Shown one piece after another: positions 34,085 through 49,355 of a stretch of 64,000 nucleotides of DNA (positions are counted from its first letter, which is position 1; each line of letters starts with the position of its first letter). The notes below the pieces were generated by a model that saw only the letters and a list, made by a program, of their open reading frames with translations, made no database searches and was not told where the DNA came from. The DNA comes from Antedon mediterranea. Its lineage: Eukaryota > Animalia > Echinodermata. The stretch is taken from positions 13,463,045 to 13,527,044 of the forward strand of contig NC_092680.1 of the NCBI RefSeq assembly GCF_964355755.1. The letters run 5' to 3'. The translations under genes were made by a program, and so were the position numbers.

Positions 34085-37000
34085 CTAGATTTGAACTCGT
34101 CACTACGGACGAGTTAGGTTATCCGCAGCGCAAAGGCCACGTGCACGTCATACGTTAGAATATTGCGCGCAGAAAAACGATTAAGGCATTGAAACAATTT
34201 CAGTGTGCTCTCTATTTTTCGTCACCTCTAAGTATATACGGTATACACTATATACTGTATACGTACTACATACAGTGCAGAATAGGTGAAAATAAGTGAC
34301 CAAATTTTATTGACGCTTTTGAACATGATGACGTCATCACAATTTTAAAAATGGTGAATCGTGCGAAAGATAATTGATTGACCTAGACAACATAAAAAAA
34401 TGGGGGGGAAATGGAATACAAATAAGTGGAGATGCGCTATATTAAATGTGACGAGCTACGAGGAAAGAGACAAAAATCCTATATTTTATATTCGAGTGGC
34501 CATACGATGACGTCAAAATGTCCGGTTAGCCATATTGATGCATTATTTGATATCTGCAACTCATCTACTACCAGAATATGTAATTATAAAAAAGTTCACC
34601 ACGTAGTTTAGAATCTATGACTGTTTAAAAAAAGACATAATTTTGACAAATTTTTGAACTTTTTCATCAAAAATGCGCGTAAATTGTTTAATTCTACGTG
34701 CTCGTATGACGTGATTTTAAGTCGAAATTGTTTGAAAGCTGGTAAATTTTCTAAAAAAGACAGGAAAAACAAAAATCAATCAAAAAAATGATGTTTTTGC
34801 GCTACGTGCGCACGTGCGCGTAAAAAAATTGCGCACGCGTGGGAATTTTTGAAATGCTCAAAATGACATGAAACGCGTAGAAAGTTGATTAGATATTGAT
34901 TTTTCGCATTTTGAAATTTTAAATACGCGTGCGCGCGTAACTTTTTATGAAACATGCCATTTCTAATCCATAGAAAGTTTGCGCATTATATGACTTAAAT
35001 GTTCACCAAGTTTCAATACAAAATGACTTTTAGTTTTTATTCTATGATCAATCATTGAAATTCACAAAATCGCGCGTAACTTACGCTGCGCGACTCGAAA
35101 TTTGAAAAAAAAAGTTTCTTGCACATCTACAGCTACATGGCAATCTTTTGACAAAGTTATACAATCATATGTTGGCCAGAATTAGAGATACGCTGCGCAC
35201 AAAAAATGGGGGAGAAGGGTGGAAGGAAACAAATAAATACTAGATTTGAACTCGTCACTACGGACGAGTTAGGTTATCCGCAGCGCAAAAGCCACGTGCA
35301 CGTCATACGTTAGAATATTGCGCGCAGAAAAACGATTATGCCATTGAAAAAAATGTTAGTGAGCCCTCTATTTTGTGTCACGTCTAAGTATATACGGTAT
35401 ACGCTATACTGTATACGTACTACATACAGTGCAGAATAGGTGAAAATAAGTGACCAAAGTTATTGACGCTTTTGCAAATGATGACGTCATAACAATCTTA
35501 AAAATTGTTAACCATGCGAAAGATAATTGATTGACCTAGAAAATATAACAAAATGGGAGGAAATGGAATACGGATAAGTAGAGATGCGCTCTATTAAATG
35601 TGATGAGCTATGCGAAAGAGACAAAAATCCTATATTTTATATTCCAGTGGCCATACAATGACGTCAAAATATCCGGTTAGCCATATGGATGCATGATTTG
35701 ATATCTACCACTCATCTACATTCAGAATATGTAATTTTAAAAAAGTTCACTACGTAGTTTAGAATCTATGACTGTTTAAAAAAAGGCATAATTTTGACAA
35801 ATTTTTGAACTTTTTCATCAAAAATGCGCGTAAATTGTTTAATTCTACGTGCTCGTATGACGTGATTTTAAGTTGAAATTGTTTGAAAGTTGGTAAATTT
35901 ACTAAAAAAGACAGGAAAAACAAAAATCAAGCAAAAAAATGATGTTTTTGCGCTACGTGCGCACGCGCGCGTAAAAAAATTGCGCACGCGTGGGAATTTT
36001 TCAAATGCTCAAAATGACATGAAACGCGTAGAAAGTTGATTAGAAATTGATTTTTCGCATTTTGAAATTTTAAACGCGCGTGCACGCGTAATTTTTTGTA
36101 AAACATGCTATTTTTAATCCATAGAAAGTTTGCGCTTGTTATTACTTAAATTTTCACCAAGTTTCAATACAAAATGACTTTTGATTTTTAATCTATGATC
36201 AATCATTGAAATTCATAAAATCGCGCGTAACTTACGCTGCGCGACTCTAAAGTTAAAAAACAAAACGTCCTGCACATCTACAGCTAGAGGTCAATCTTAT
36301 GACAAAGTTACACAATCTTATATTGGCCAGAATTAGAGATACGCTGCGAACAAAATTCTGGGAAAGAAAGAAGAATAAGATAGAAAAAAAAAAAAAAGAA
36401 AAAAAAAGATCCTGACAATAACAAGGGGTTATCCGCCCAGTGCGGATAACCAACTAGATTTGAACTCGTCACTACGGACGAGTTAGGTTATCCGCAGTGC
36501 AAAAGCCACGTGCAAGTCATACGTTAGAATAGTGCGCGCAAAAAAATAAAACGATTATGGCATTGAAAAATGTTAGTGCGCTCTCTATGTTGCGTCGCGT
36601 CTAAGTATATACGGTATAACACTATATACTGTATACGTACTACATACAGTGCAGAATAGGTGAAAATAAGTGACCAAAGTTATTGACGCATTTGAACATG
36701 ATGACGTCATCACAATTTTTAAAATGGTGGATCATGCGAAAGGTAATTGATTGATCTAGACAATATAAAAAAATTGAGTGAAATGGAATAAGGATAAGTA
36801 GAGATGCGCTCTATTAAATTGACGAGCTATGACGAAAGAGAAAAAAATCCTATATTTTATATTCGGGTGGCCATACGATGACGTCACAATGTCTGGTTAG
36901 CCATATCAATGCATGATTCGAGAAAAACAACTCATCTACTTCCAGAATCTGAAATTTTAAATATTTTCACCTCGGAGTTTAGAATCTATGACTGTTTTAA

Positions 37001-40000
37001 AAAAGGCATAATTTTGACGAATTTTTGAACTTTTTCTTCAAAAACGCGCGCAAATTGTTCAATTCTACGTGCTCGTATGACGTGATTTTAAGTCGAAATT
37101 GATTGAAAATTGGTAAATGTACTAGAAAAGGCTGAAAAAACAAAAATCAAGCAAAAAAAAGATGTTTTTGCGCTACGTGCGCACGCGCGCGTAAAAAATA
37201 TGCGCACGCGTGGGAATTTTTGAAATGCTCAAAATGACCTGAAACGCGTAGAAAGTTGATTAGAAATAAATTTTTCTCAATTTGAAATTTTAAACGCGCG
37301 TGCGCGCGTAACTTTATGTCAAACATGCCATTTTTAATCCATAGAAAGTTTGCCCTTAATATGACTTAAATGTTCACTAAGTGTCATTACAAAATGACTT
37401 TTGCTTTTTAGTCTATGTTAAATACGCGAAATTCATAAAATCGCGCGTAGCTTACGCTGCGCGACTCTAAAGTAAAAAAACGAGCTGTCCTGCACTTGTA
37501 CACATAGAGGTAAATCTTCTGACAAAGTTATACGATGTAATGTTGATCAGAATTTGAGATACACGTGACACAAAATTTTGGGAAAGAAAGAAGAATAACA
37601 TAGAAAAAAAAAAAAAAGATCCTGACAATAACAAGAGGTTATCCGCCAAGAGCGGATAACCAACTAGATTTGAACTCGTCACTACGGACGAGTTAGGTTA
37701 TCCGCATTGCAAACGCCACGTGCACGTCATACGTTGGAATATTGCGCGCAGAAAAACGATTATGCCATTGAAAAAACGTTAGTGCGCTCTCTATTTTGCG
37801 TCACGTCAAAGTATATACGGTATACACTGTATTCTGTATACGTACTACATACAGTGCAGAATAGGTGAAAATAAGGGACCCAAGTTATTGACGCTTTTGG
37901 ACATGATGACGTCATCACAATTTAAAAAATGGTGGATCGTGCGAAAGATAATTGATTGGCCTAGACAATATAACAAAATGGCGGGAAATGGAATACGGAT
38001 AAGTGGAGATGCGCTCTATTAAATGTGATGAGCTTTGCGAAAGAGACAAAAATCCTATATTTTATATTCGAATGGCCATAAAATGACGTCACAATGTCCG
38101 GTTAGCCATATCGATGCATGATTTGTTATCTACAACTCATCTACTTCCAGAATCTGAAATTTAAAAAAAGTTCACCACGGAGTTTAGAATCTATGACTGT
38201 TTTAAAAAAGGCATAATTTTCTCAAATTTTTGAACTTTTTCATCAAAAACGCGCGCGAATTGTTCAATTCTACGTGCTCGTATGACGTGATTTTAAGTCA
38301 AAATTATTTGAAAATTGGTAAATTTACTAGAAAAGGCTGAAAGAACAAAAATCAAGCAAAACAAATATGTTTTTGCGCTAAGTGCGCACGCGCGCGTAAA
38401 AAAAATGCGCGCTCGTGGGAATTTTTGAAATGCTCAAAATGACCTGAAACGCGTAGAAAGTTGATTAGAAGTTGATTTTTCGCATTTTAAAATTTTAAAC
38501 GCGCGTGCGCGCGTAACTTTCTTCGCAAACTGCCATTTTTAATCCATAGTAAGTTTGCGCTTAATATGACTTAAATTTTCACCAAGTTTCAATACAAAAT
38601 GACTTTTGGTTTTTAATCTATGATCAATAATTGAAATTCATAAAATCACGCGTAACTTATGCTGCGCAGTTCGGACGGGACCGAAAACCTTATTACGACA
38701 TCTTCAGATAGAGGTCAATCTTCTGATAAAGTTATACAATGTTATGTTAAGAAGATTTAGAGATACACGCGCAACAAAATTCTGGGAAAGAAAGAAGAAA
38801 AAAGAAAAAAAAGAAAAAAAAAAAAAAAAAAAAGATCCTGACAATAACAAGGGGTTATCCGCCAAGTGCGGATAACCAACTAGATTTGAACTCGTCACTA
38901 CGGACGAGTTAGGTTATCCGCAGTTCAAAAGCCACGTGCACGTCATACGTTAGAATAGTGCGCGCAAAAAAATAAAACGATTATGGCATTGAAAAACGTT
39001 TGTGCGCTCTCTATGTTGCGTCGCGTCTAAGTATATACGGTATAACACTATATACTGTATACGTACTACATACAGTGCAGAATAGGTGAAAATAAGTGAC
39101 CAAAGTTATTGACGCATTTGAACATGATGACGTCATCACAATTTTTAAAATGGTGGATCATGCGAAAGGTAATTGATTGATCTAGACAATATAAAAAAAT
39201 TGAGTGAAATGGAATAAGGATAAGTAGAGATGCGCTCTATTAAATTGACGAGCTATGACGAAAGAGAAAAAAATCCTATATTTTATATTCGGGTGGCCAT
39301 ACGATGACGTCACAATGTCTGGTTAGCCATATCAATGCATGATTCGAGAAAAACAACTCATTTACTTCCAGAATCTGAAATTTTAAATATTTTCACCTCG
39401 GAGTTTAGAATCTATGACTTTTTAAAAAAAGGCATAATTTTCACAAATTTTTGAACTTTTTCATCAAAAACGCGCGCAAATTGTTCAATTCTACGTGCTC
39501 GTATGACGTGATTTTAAGTCGAAATTGATTGAAAATTGGTAAATGTACTAGAAAAGGCTGAAAAAACAAAAATCAAGCAAAAAAAAGATGTTTTTGCGCT
39601 ACGTGCGCACGCGCGCGTAAAAAATATGCGCACGCGTGGGAATTTTTGAAATGCTCAAAATGACCTGAAACGCGTAGAAAGTTGATTAGAAATGAATTTT
39701 TCGCAATTTGAAATTTTAAACGCGCGTGCGCGCGTAACTTTATGTCAAACATGCCATTTTTAATCCATAGAAAGTTTGCCCTTGATATGACTTAAATGTT
39801 CACCAAGTGTCATTACAAAATGACTTTTGCTTTTTAGTCTATGTTAAATACGCGAAATTCATAAAATCGCGCGTAGCTTACGCTGCGCGACTCTAAAGTA
39901 AAAAAACGAGCTGTCCTGCACTTCTACACATAGAGGTAAATCTTCGGACAAAGTTATACGATGTAATGTTGATCAGAATTTGAGATACACGTGACACAAA

Positions 40001-40029
40001 ATTTTGGGAAAGAAAGAAGAATAACATAG

Positions 40030-40060
<31 letters not shown>

Positions 40061-40103
40061 TCCTGACAATAACAAGAGGTTATCCGCCAAGAGCGGATAA
40101 CCA
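34085..40103 (-). mobile_element. Five subfamily A non-autonomous Helentron units
   Basis: Left ends at 34085, 35240, 36454, 37664 and 38880, with the same internal consensus and termini. Confidence 0.9.
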
Positions 40104-40108
40104 AAAAA

Positions 40109-43100
40109 CTAGACATGTAACTCGTCACTTTGACGAGTTTGGTTATCCGCCGCGCAAGTGGTGCAACATTAACATTAAGGGGATAGGTTGAGGACAAAAG
40201 GAAGTGTTCACGTTGGCATTATGACCTGAACTGAAGAATATGATATGTTGTTATTGCTGAATTTTATCTATATATAAATTCATATATAGTATACACAGGA
40301 TAATCTGTATCCATATCACATACAGTGTAGAATATGTGAACTTACGGGACCCGCTATTTATTGCAATTTTTAACATGTTGACGGTTTTAAAATGAAACGG
40401 GAAGGTAGCAATTCCGAAAGGAAATTATCTCAGCAACAACGTATTAGCGTGTAGAAGAAATTTGAATACGTGAAATATTGATGCGCGCTCTTTTAAATGT
40501 AATGAATTATGACGCAAAAGATGAAAATACGACCTTTTTTATTTAACTGGCCATATGATGACGTCACAACATCCGATTGGCAACATTTTTACATAATTTC
40601 GTATCTACAATCCAATAGCTTCCAGAAAAAGTTTTAATCGTGATTATCAAATTTTATTCTTACGAGCTATAACAGATTAAAATTTACTGTAAAGATGAAA
40701 TTGATGCCACACGTGATTTAAATTTTTAGGCATGATGACGTCAAAAAAATTAAAATATTTTTAACTCATGCGAAAGATAGTTGATTGACCTAGACAATAT
40801 CAAAATCGGGGTGAAAATGGAAAACGGATAAGTGGAGATGCGCTCTATTCAATGTGATGAGCTATGACGAAAGATACAAAAATCCTAAATTTTATATTCG
40901 CGTGGCCATACGATGACGTCACAATGTCCGGTTAGCCATATTAATACCTGATCCGATATCTACAACTCATCTACTTCTAGAAAATGTCATCCACAAAAAT
41001 TTGACCGTCTAGTTTAGAAATTACGACTGTTTAAAAAAAGTCATATTTTAAACGAATTTTTTAACCTTTTCATAAAAAACGCGCGCAAATTGGCCAATTC
41101 GACGTGCTCGTATGACGTATCTTTAAGTCAAAATTGTTTAAAATTTGGTAAAATTACTAGAAAAGGCTGGAAAAACATAAATCACGCGAAAAAATTACGT
41201 TTTCAATTCTACGTGCGCACCGCACACGTAAAAATGTGCGCACGCGTGGGAATTTTTGACATGCTTAAAACGACATGAAACGCGTAGAAAGTTGATTATA
41301 AATTAATTTTGCGCATTTTGAAATTTTAAATGCGCGTGCGCGCGTAACTTTGTGTATAACACGCAATTTTTTTTCAACAGAAAGTTAGCGCATGATATAA
41401 ATTAAACTTTTGCAAAGTTTCAAGTTGAAATGTTATTTGGTTGTCGAGCTATGTTAAATACGACAAAATCGTTAAATCGCGCGTAAGTCACGTTGCGCAA
41501 TTGTAAACGTCATGAAAAGCTTCGCTTGACGACGTTACGTAAATGTCAATATGTTAAGATAGTTACCAAAATGTTATGTTTGCGAGTTTTGGAGAAAAGC
41601 GTTACACAAAAATCATACAGAAAGAAAGAAGACTAGACATGTAACTCGTCACTTTGACGAGTTTGGTTATCCGCCGCGCAAGTGGTGCAACATTAACATT
41701 AAGGGGATAGGTTGAGGACAAAAGGAAGTGTTCACGTTGGCATTATGACCTGAACTGAAGAATATGATATGTTGTTATTGCTGAATTTTATTATTTAAAT
41801 TCATATATAGTATACACAGTCTAATCTGTATCCATATCACATACAGTGTAGAATAGGTGAAATTACGGGACCCGCTATTTATTGCAATTTTTAACATGTT
41901 GACGGTTTTAAAATGAAACGCGAAGGTAGCAATTCCGAAAGTAAATTATCTCAGCAACAACGTATTAGCGTGTAGAAGAAATTTGAATACGTGAAATATT
42001 GATGCGCGCTCTTTTAAATGTAATGAATTATGACGCAAAAGATGAAAATACGACCTTTTTTATTTAACTGGCCATATGATGACGTCACAACATCCGATTG
42101 GCAACATTTTAACATAATTTCGTATCTACAATCCAATAGCTTCCAGAAAAAGTTTTAATCGTGATTATCACATTTTATTCTTACGAGCTATAACAGATTA
42201 AAATTTACTGTAAAGATGAAATTGATGCCACACGTGATTTCAATTTTTAGGCATGATGACGTCATAAAAATTAAAATATTTTTCACTCATGCGAAAGATA
42301 GTTGATTGACCTAGACAATATCAAAATCGGGGTGAAAATGGAAAACGGATAAGTGGAGATGCGCTCTATTCAATGTGATGAGCTATGACGAAAGATACAA
42401 AAATCCTAAATTTTATATTCGCGTGGCCATACGATGACGTCACAATGTCCGATTAGCCATATTAATACCTGATCCGATATCTACAACTCATCTACTTCCA
42501 GAATATGCCATCCACAAAAAGTTGACCGTTTAGTTTAGAAATTACGACTGTTTAAAAAAAGGCATATTTTAAACGAATTTTTTAACCTTTTCATAAAAAA
42601 CGCGCGCAAATTGTCCAATTCGACGTGCTCGTATGACGTATCTTTAAGTCGAAATTGTTAAAAATTTGGTAAAATTACATGAAAAGGCTGGAAAAACATA
42701 AATCACGCGAAAAAAATACGTTTTCAATGCTACGTGCGCACCGCACACGTAAAAATGTGCGCACGCGTGGGAATTTTTTACATGCTTAAAACGACATGAA
42801 ACGCGTAGAAAGTTGATTATAAATTAGTTTCGCGCATTTTGAAATTTTAAATGCGCGTGCGCGCGTAACTTTGTGTAAAACACGCAATTTTTTTTCAACA
42901 GAAAGTTAGCGCATGATATAAATTAAACTTTTGCAAAGTTTCAAGTTGAAATGTTATTTGGTTTTCGACATATGTTCAATACGAGAAAATCGTTAAATCG
43001 CGCGTACGTCACTTTGCGCAATTGTAAACATCATGAAAAGCTTCGCTTGACGACGTTACATAAATGTCAAAATGTTAACATAGTTAACAAAATGTTATGT

Positions 43101-46100
43101 TTGCAAGTTTCAGAGAAAAGCGTTACACAAAAATCATACAGAAAGAAAGAAGAAGAATAAAAAGTTGATGATGATGATGATTTCGTACAATCACAAGAGG
43201 TTATCCTGCAACTTCGTTGCGGATAACCAAAAAGACTAGACATGTAACTCGTCACTTTGACGAGTTTGGTTATCCGCCGCGCAAGTGGTGCAACATTAAC
43301 ATTAAGGGGATAGGTTGAGGACAAAAGGAAGTGTTCACGTTGGCATTATGACCTGAACTGAAGAATATGATATGTTGTTATTGCTGAATTTTATTGTTTA
43401 AATTCATATATAGTATACACAGTATAATCTGTATCCATATCACATACAGTGTAGAATAGGTGAAATTACGGGACCCGCTATTTATTGCAATTTTTAACAT
43501 GTTGACGGTTTTAAAATGAAACGGGAAGGTAGCAATTCCGAAAGGAAATTATCTCAGCAACAACGTATTAGCGTGTAGAAGAAATTTGAATACGTGAAAT
43601 ATTGATGCGCGCTCTTTTAAATGTAATGAATTATGACGCAAAAGATGGAAATACGACCTTTTTTATTTAACTGGCCATATGATGACGTCACAACATCCGA
43701 TTGGCAACATTTTTACATAATTTCGTATCTACAATCCAATAGCTTCCAGAAAAAGTTTTAATCGTGATTATCACATTTTATTCTTACGAGCTATAACAGA
43801 TTAAAATTTACTGTAAAGATGAAATTGATGCCACACGTGATTTAAATTTTTAGGCATGATGACGTCAAAAAAATTAAAATATTTTAACTCATGCGAAAGA
43901 TAGTTGATTGACCTAGACAATATCAAAATCCGGGTGAAAATGGAAAACGGATAAGTGGAGATGCGCTCTATTCAATGTGATGAGCTATGACGAAAGATAC
44001 AAAAATCCTAAATTTTATATTCGCGTGGCCATACGATGACGTCACAATGTCCGGTTAGCCATATTAATACCTGATCCGATATCTACAACTCATCTACTTC
44101 CAGAATATGCCATCCACAAAAATTTGACCGTCTAGTTTAGAAATTACGACTGTTTAAAAAAAGGCATATTTTAAACGAATTTGTTAACCTTTTCATAAAA
44201 AACGCGCGCAAATTGTCCAATTCGACGTGCTCGTATGACGTATCTTTAAGTCGAAATTGTTTAAAATTTGGTAAAATTACATGAAAAGGCTGGAAAAACA
44301 TAAATCACTCGAAAAAAATACCTTTTCAATGCTACGTGCGCACCGCACACGTAAAAATGTGCGCACGCGTGGGAATTTTTGACATGCTTAAAACGACATG
44401 AAACGCGTAGAAAGTTGATTATAAATTAGTTTCGCGCATTTTGAAATTTTAAATGCGCGTGCGCGCGTAACTTTGTGTAAAACACGCAATTTTTTTTCAA
44501 CAGAAAGTTAGCGCATGATATAAATTAAACTTTTGCAAAGTTTCACTTTAAAATGTTATTTGGTTTTCGACATATGTTAAATACGAGAAAATCGTTAAAT
44601 CGCGCGTACGTCACGTTGCGCAATTGTAAACATCATGAAAAGCTTCGCTTGACGACGTTACATAAATGTCAAAATGTTAACATAGTTAACAAAATGTTAT
44701 GTTTGCAAGTTTCAGAGAAAAGCGTTACACAAAAATCATACAGAAAGAAAGAAGAAGAATAAAAAGTTGATGATGATGATGATGATGATGATTTCGTACA
44801 ATCACAAGAGGTTATCCTGCAACTTCGTTGCGGATAACCAATAAACTGTTGACGGTTTTAAAATGAAACGCGAAGGTAGCAATTCCGAAAGGAAATTATC
44901 TCAGCAACAACGTATTAGCGTGTAGAAGAAATTTGAATACGTGAAATATTGATGCGCGCTTTTTTAAATCTAATGAATTATGACGCAAAAGATGAAAATA
45001 CGACCTTTTTTATTTAACTGGCCATATGATGACGTCACAACATCCGATTGGCAACATTTTTACATAATTTCGTATCTACTATCCAATAGCTTCCAGAAAA
45101 AGTTTTAATCGTGATTATCACATTTTATTCTTACGAGCTATAACAGATTAAAATTTACTGTAAAGATGAAATTGATGCCACACGTGATTTAAATTTTTAG
45201 GCATGATGACGTCAAAAAAATTAAAATATTTTTTACTCATGCGAAAGATAGTTGATTGTCCCAGACAATATCAAAATCGGAGTGAAAATGGAAATTGGAT
45301 AAGTGGAGATGCGCTCTATTCAATGTGATGAGCTATGACGAAAGATACAAAAATCCTAAATTTTATATTCGCGTGGCCATACGATGACGTCACAATGTCC
45401 GGTTAGCCATATTAATACCTGATCCGATATCTACAACTCATCTACTTCCAGAATATGCCATCCATAAAAAGTTGACCGTCTAGTTTAGAAATTACGACTG
45501 TTTAAAAAAAGGCATATTTTAAACGAATTTTTTAACCTTTTCATAACAAACGCGCGCAAATTGTCCAATACGATGTGCTCGTATGACGTATCTTTAAGTC
45601 GAAATTGTTTAAAATTTGGTAAAATTACTAGAAAAGGCTGGAAAAACATAAATCACGCGAAAAAAATACGTTTTCAATGCTACGTGCGCACCGCACACGT
45701 AAAAATGTGCGCACGCGTGGGAATTTTTGACATGCTTAAAACGACATGAAACGCGTAGAAAGTTGATTAGAAATTAATTTTGCGCATTTTGAAATTTTAA
45801 ATGCGCGTGCGCGCGTAACTTTGTGTAAAACACGGAATTTTTTTTCAACAGAAAGTTAGCGCATGTTATAAATTAAACTTTTGCAAAGTTTCAAGTTGAA
45901 ATGTTATTTGGTTGTCGAGCTATGTTAAATACGACAAAATCGTTAAATCGCGCGTAAGTCACGTTGCGCAATTGTAAACGTCATGAAAAGCTTCGCTTGA
46001 CGACGTTACGTAAATGTCAATATGTTAAGATAGTTACCGAAATGTTATGTTTGCGAGTTTTAGAGAAAAGCGTTACACAAAAATCATACAGAATGATTTC

Positions 46101-49100
46101 GTACAATCACAAGAGGTTATCCTGCAACTTCGTTGCGGATAACCAAAAATAAAAAGATGACTAGACATGTAACTCGTCACTTTGACGAGTTTGGTTATCC
46201 GCCGCGCAAGTGGTGCAACATTAACATTAAGGGGATAGGTTGAGGACAAAAGGAAGTGTTCACGTTGGCATTATGACCTGAACTGAAGAATATGATATGT
46301 TGTTATTGCTGAATTTTATTATTTAAATTCATATATAGTATACACAGTATAATCTGTATCCATATCACATACAGTGTAGAATAGGTGAAATTACGGACCC
46401 GCTATTTATTGCAATTTTTAACATGTTGACGGTTTTAAAATGAAACGCGAAGGTAGCAATTCCGAAAGGAAATTATCTCAGCAACAACGTATTAGCGTGT
46501 AGAAGAAATTTGAATACGTGAAATATTGAGGCGCGCTCTTTTAAATGTAATGAATTATGACGCAAAAGATGAAAATACGACCTTTTTTATTTAACTGGCC
46601 ATATGATGACGTCACAACATCCGATTGGCAACATTTTTACATAATTTCGTATCTACAATCCAATAGCTTCCAGAAAAAGTTTTAATCGTGATTATCACAT
46701 TTTATTCTTACGAGCTATAACAGATTAAAATTTACTGTAAAGATGAAATTGATGCCACACGTGATATAAATTTTTAGGCATGATGACGTCAAAAAAATTA
46801 AAATATTTTTAACTCATGCGAAAGATAGTTGATTGACCTAGACAATATCAAAATCGGGGTGAAAATGGAAAACGGATAAGTGGAGATGCGCTCTTTTCAA
46901 TGTGATGAGCTATGACGAAAGATACAAAAATCCTAAATTTTATATTCGCGTGGCCATACGATGACGTCACAATGTCCGGTTAGCCATATTAATACCTGAT
47001 CCGATATCTACAACTCATCTACTTCCAGAATATGTCATCCACAAAAATTTGACCGTCTAGTTTAGAAATTACGACTGTTTAAAAAAAGGCATATTTTAAA
47101 CGAATTTTTTAACCTTTTCATAAAAAACGCGCGCAAATTGTCCAATTCGACGTGCTCGTATGACGTATCTTTAAGTCGAAATTGTTTAAAATTTGGTAAA
47201 ATTACTAGAAAAGGCTGGAAAAATATAAATCACGCGAAAAAAATACGTTTTCAATGCTACGTGCGCACCGCACACGTAAAAATGTGCGCACGCGTGGGAA
47301 TTTTTGACATGCTTAAAACGACATGAAAAGCGTAGAAAGTTGATTATAAATTAATTTTGCGCATTTTGAAATTTTAAATGCGCGTGCGCGCGTAACTTTG
47401 TGTAAAACACGCAATTTTTTTTCAACAGAAAGTTAGCGCATGATATAAATTAAACTTTTGCAAAGTTTCACTTTAAAATGTTAATTGGTTTTCGACATAT
47501 GTTAAATACGAGAAAATCGTTAAATTGCGCGTACGTCACGTTGCGCAATTGTAAACATCATGAAAAGCTTCGCTTGACGACGTTACATAAATGTCAAAAT
47601 GTTAACATAGTTAACAAAATGTTATGTTTGCAAGTTTTAGAGAAAAGCGTTACACAAAAATCATACAGAAAGAAAGAAGATTAAGAAAAAGATGATGATG
47701 ATGATGATGATTTCGTACAATCACAAGAGGTTATCCTGCAACTTCGTTGCGGATAACCAAAAAACTAGACATGTAACTCGTCACTTTGACGAGTTTGGTT
47801 ATCCGCCGCGCAAGTGGTGCAACATTAACATTAAGGGGATAGGTTGAGGACAAAAGGAAGTGTTCACGTTGGCATTATGACCTGAACTGAAGAATATGAT
47901 ATGTTGTTATTGCTGAATTTTATCTATATATAAATTCATATATAGTATACACAGGATAATCTGTATCCATATCACATACAGTGTAGAATATGTGAACTTA
48001 CGGGACCCGCTATTTATTGCAATTTTTAACATGTTGACGGTTTTAAAATGAAACGGGAAGGTAGCAATTCCGAAAGGAAATTATCTCAGCAACAACGTAT
48101 TAGCGTGTAGAAGAAATTTGAATACGTGAAATATTGATGCGCGCTCTTTTAAATGTAATGAATTATGACGCAAAAGATGAAAATACGACCTTTTTTATTT
48201 AACTGGCCATATGATGACGTCACAACATCCGATTGGCAACATTTTTACATAATTTCGTATCTACAATCCAATAGCTTCCAGAAAAAGTTTTAATCGTGAT
48301 TATCAAATTTTATTCTTACGAGCTATAACAGATTAAAATTTACTGTAAAGATGAAATTGATGCCACACGTGATTTAAATTTTTAGGCATGATGACGTCAA
48401 AAAAATTAAAATATTTTTAACTCATGCGAAAGATAGTTGATTGACCTAGACAATATCAAAATCGGGGTGAAAATGGAAAACGGATAAGTGGAGATGCGCT
48501 CTATTCAATGTGATGAGCTATGACGAAAGATACAAAAATCCTAAATTTTATATTCGCGTGGCCATACGATGACGTCACAATGTCCGGTTAGCCATATTAA
48601 TACCTGATCCGATATCTACAACTCATCTACTTCTAGAAAATGTCATCCACAAAAATTTGACCGTCTAGTTTAGAAATTACGACTGTTTAAAAAAAGTCAT
48701 ATTTTAAACGAATTTTTTAACCTTTTCATAAAAAACGCGCGCAAATTGGCCAATTCGACGTGCTCGTATGACGTATCTTTAAGTCAAAATTGTTTAAAAT
48801 TTGGTAAAATTACTAGAAAAGGCTGGAAAAACATAAATCACGCGAAAAAATTACGTTTTCAATTCTACGTGCGCACCGCACACGTAAAAATGTGCGCACG
48901 CGTGGGAATTTTTGACATGCTTAAAACGACATGAAACGCGTAGAAAGTTGATTATAAATTAATTTTGCGCATTTTGAAATTTTAAATGCGCGTGCGCGCG
49001 TAACTTTGTGTATAACACGCAATTTTTTTTCAACAGAAAGTTAGCGCATGATATAAATTAAACTTTTGCAAAGTTTCAAGTTGAAATGTTATTTGGTTGT

Positions 49101-49355
49101 CGAGCTATGTTAAATACGACAAAATCGTTAAATCGCGCGTAAGTCACGTTGCGCAATTGTAAACGTCATGAAAAGCTTCGCTTGACGACGTTACGTAAAT
49201 GTCAATATGTTAAGATAGTTACCAAAATGTTATGTTTGCGAGTTTTGGAGAAAAGCGTTACACAAAAATCATACAGAAAGAAAGAAGAAAAATAAAAAGA
49301 TGATGATTTCGTACAATCACAAGAGGTTATCCTGCAACTTCGTTGCGGATAACCA
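40109..49355 (-). mobile_element. Block of six subfamily B non-autonomous Helentron units (~1.55-1.6 kb; one truncated)
   Basis: Left ends CTAGACATGTAACTCGTCACTTTGACGAGTTTGGTTATCCGC at 40109, 41633, 43236, 46161 and 47765; a left-truncated copy from ~44847. Right end GGTTATCCTGCAACTTCGTTGCGGATAACC preceded by (GAT)n. Carries an extra diverged copy of an internal module. Confidence 0.9.
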
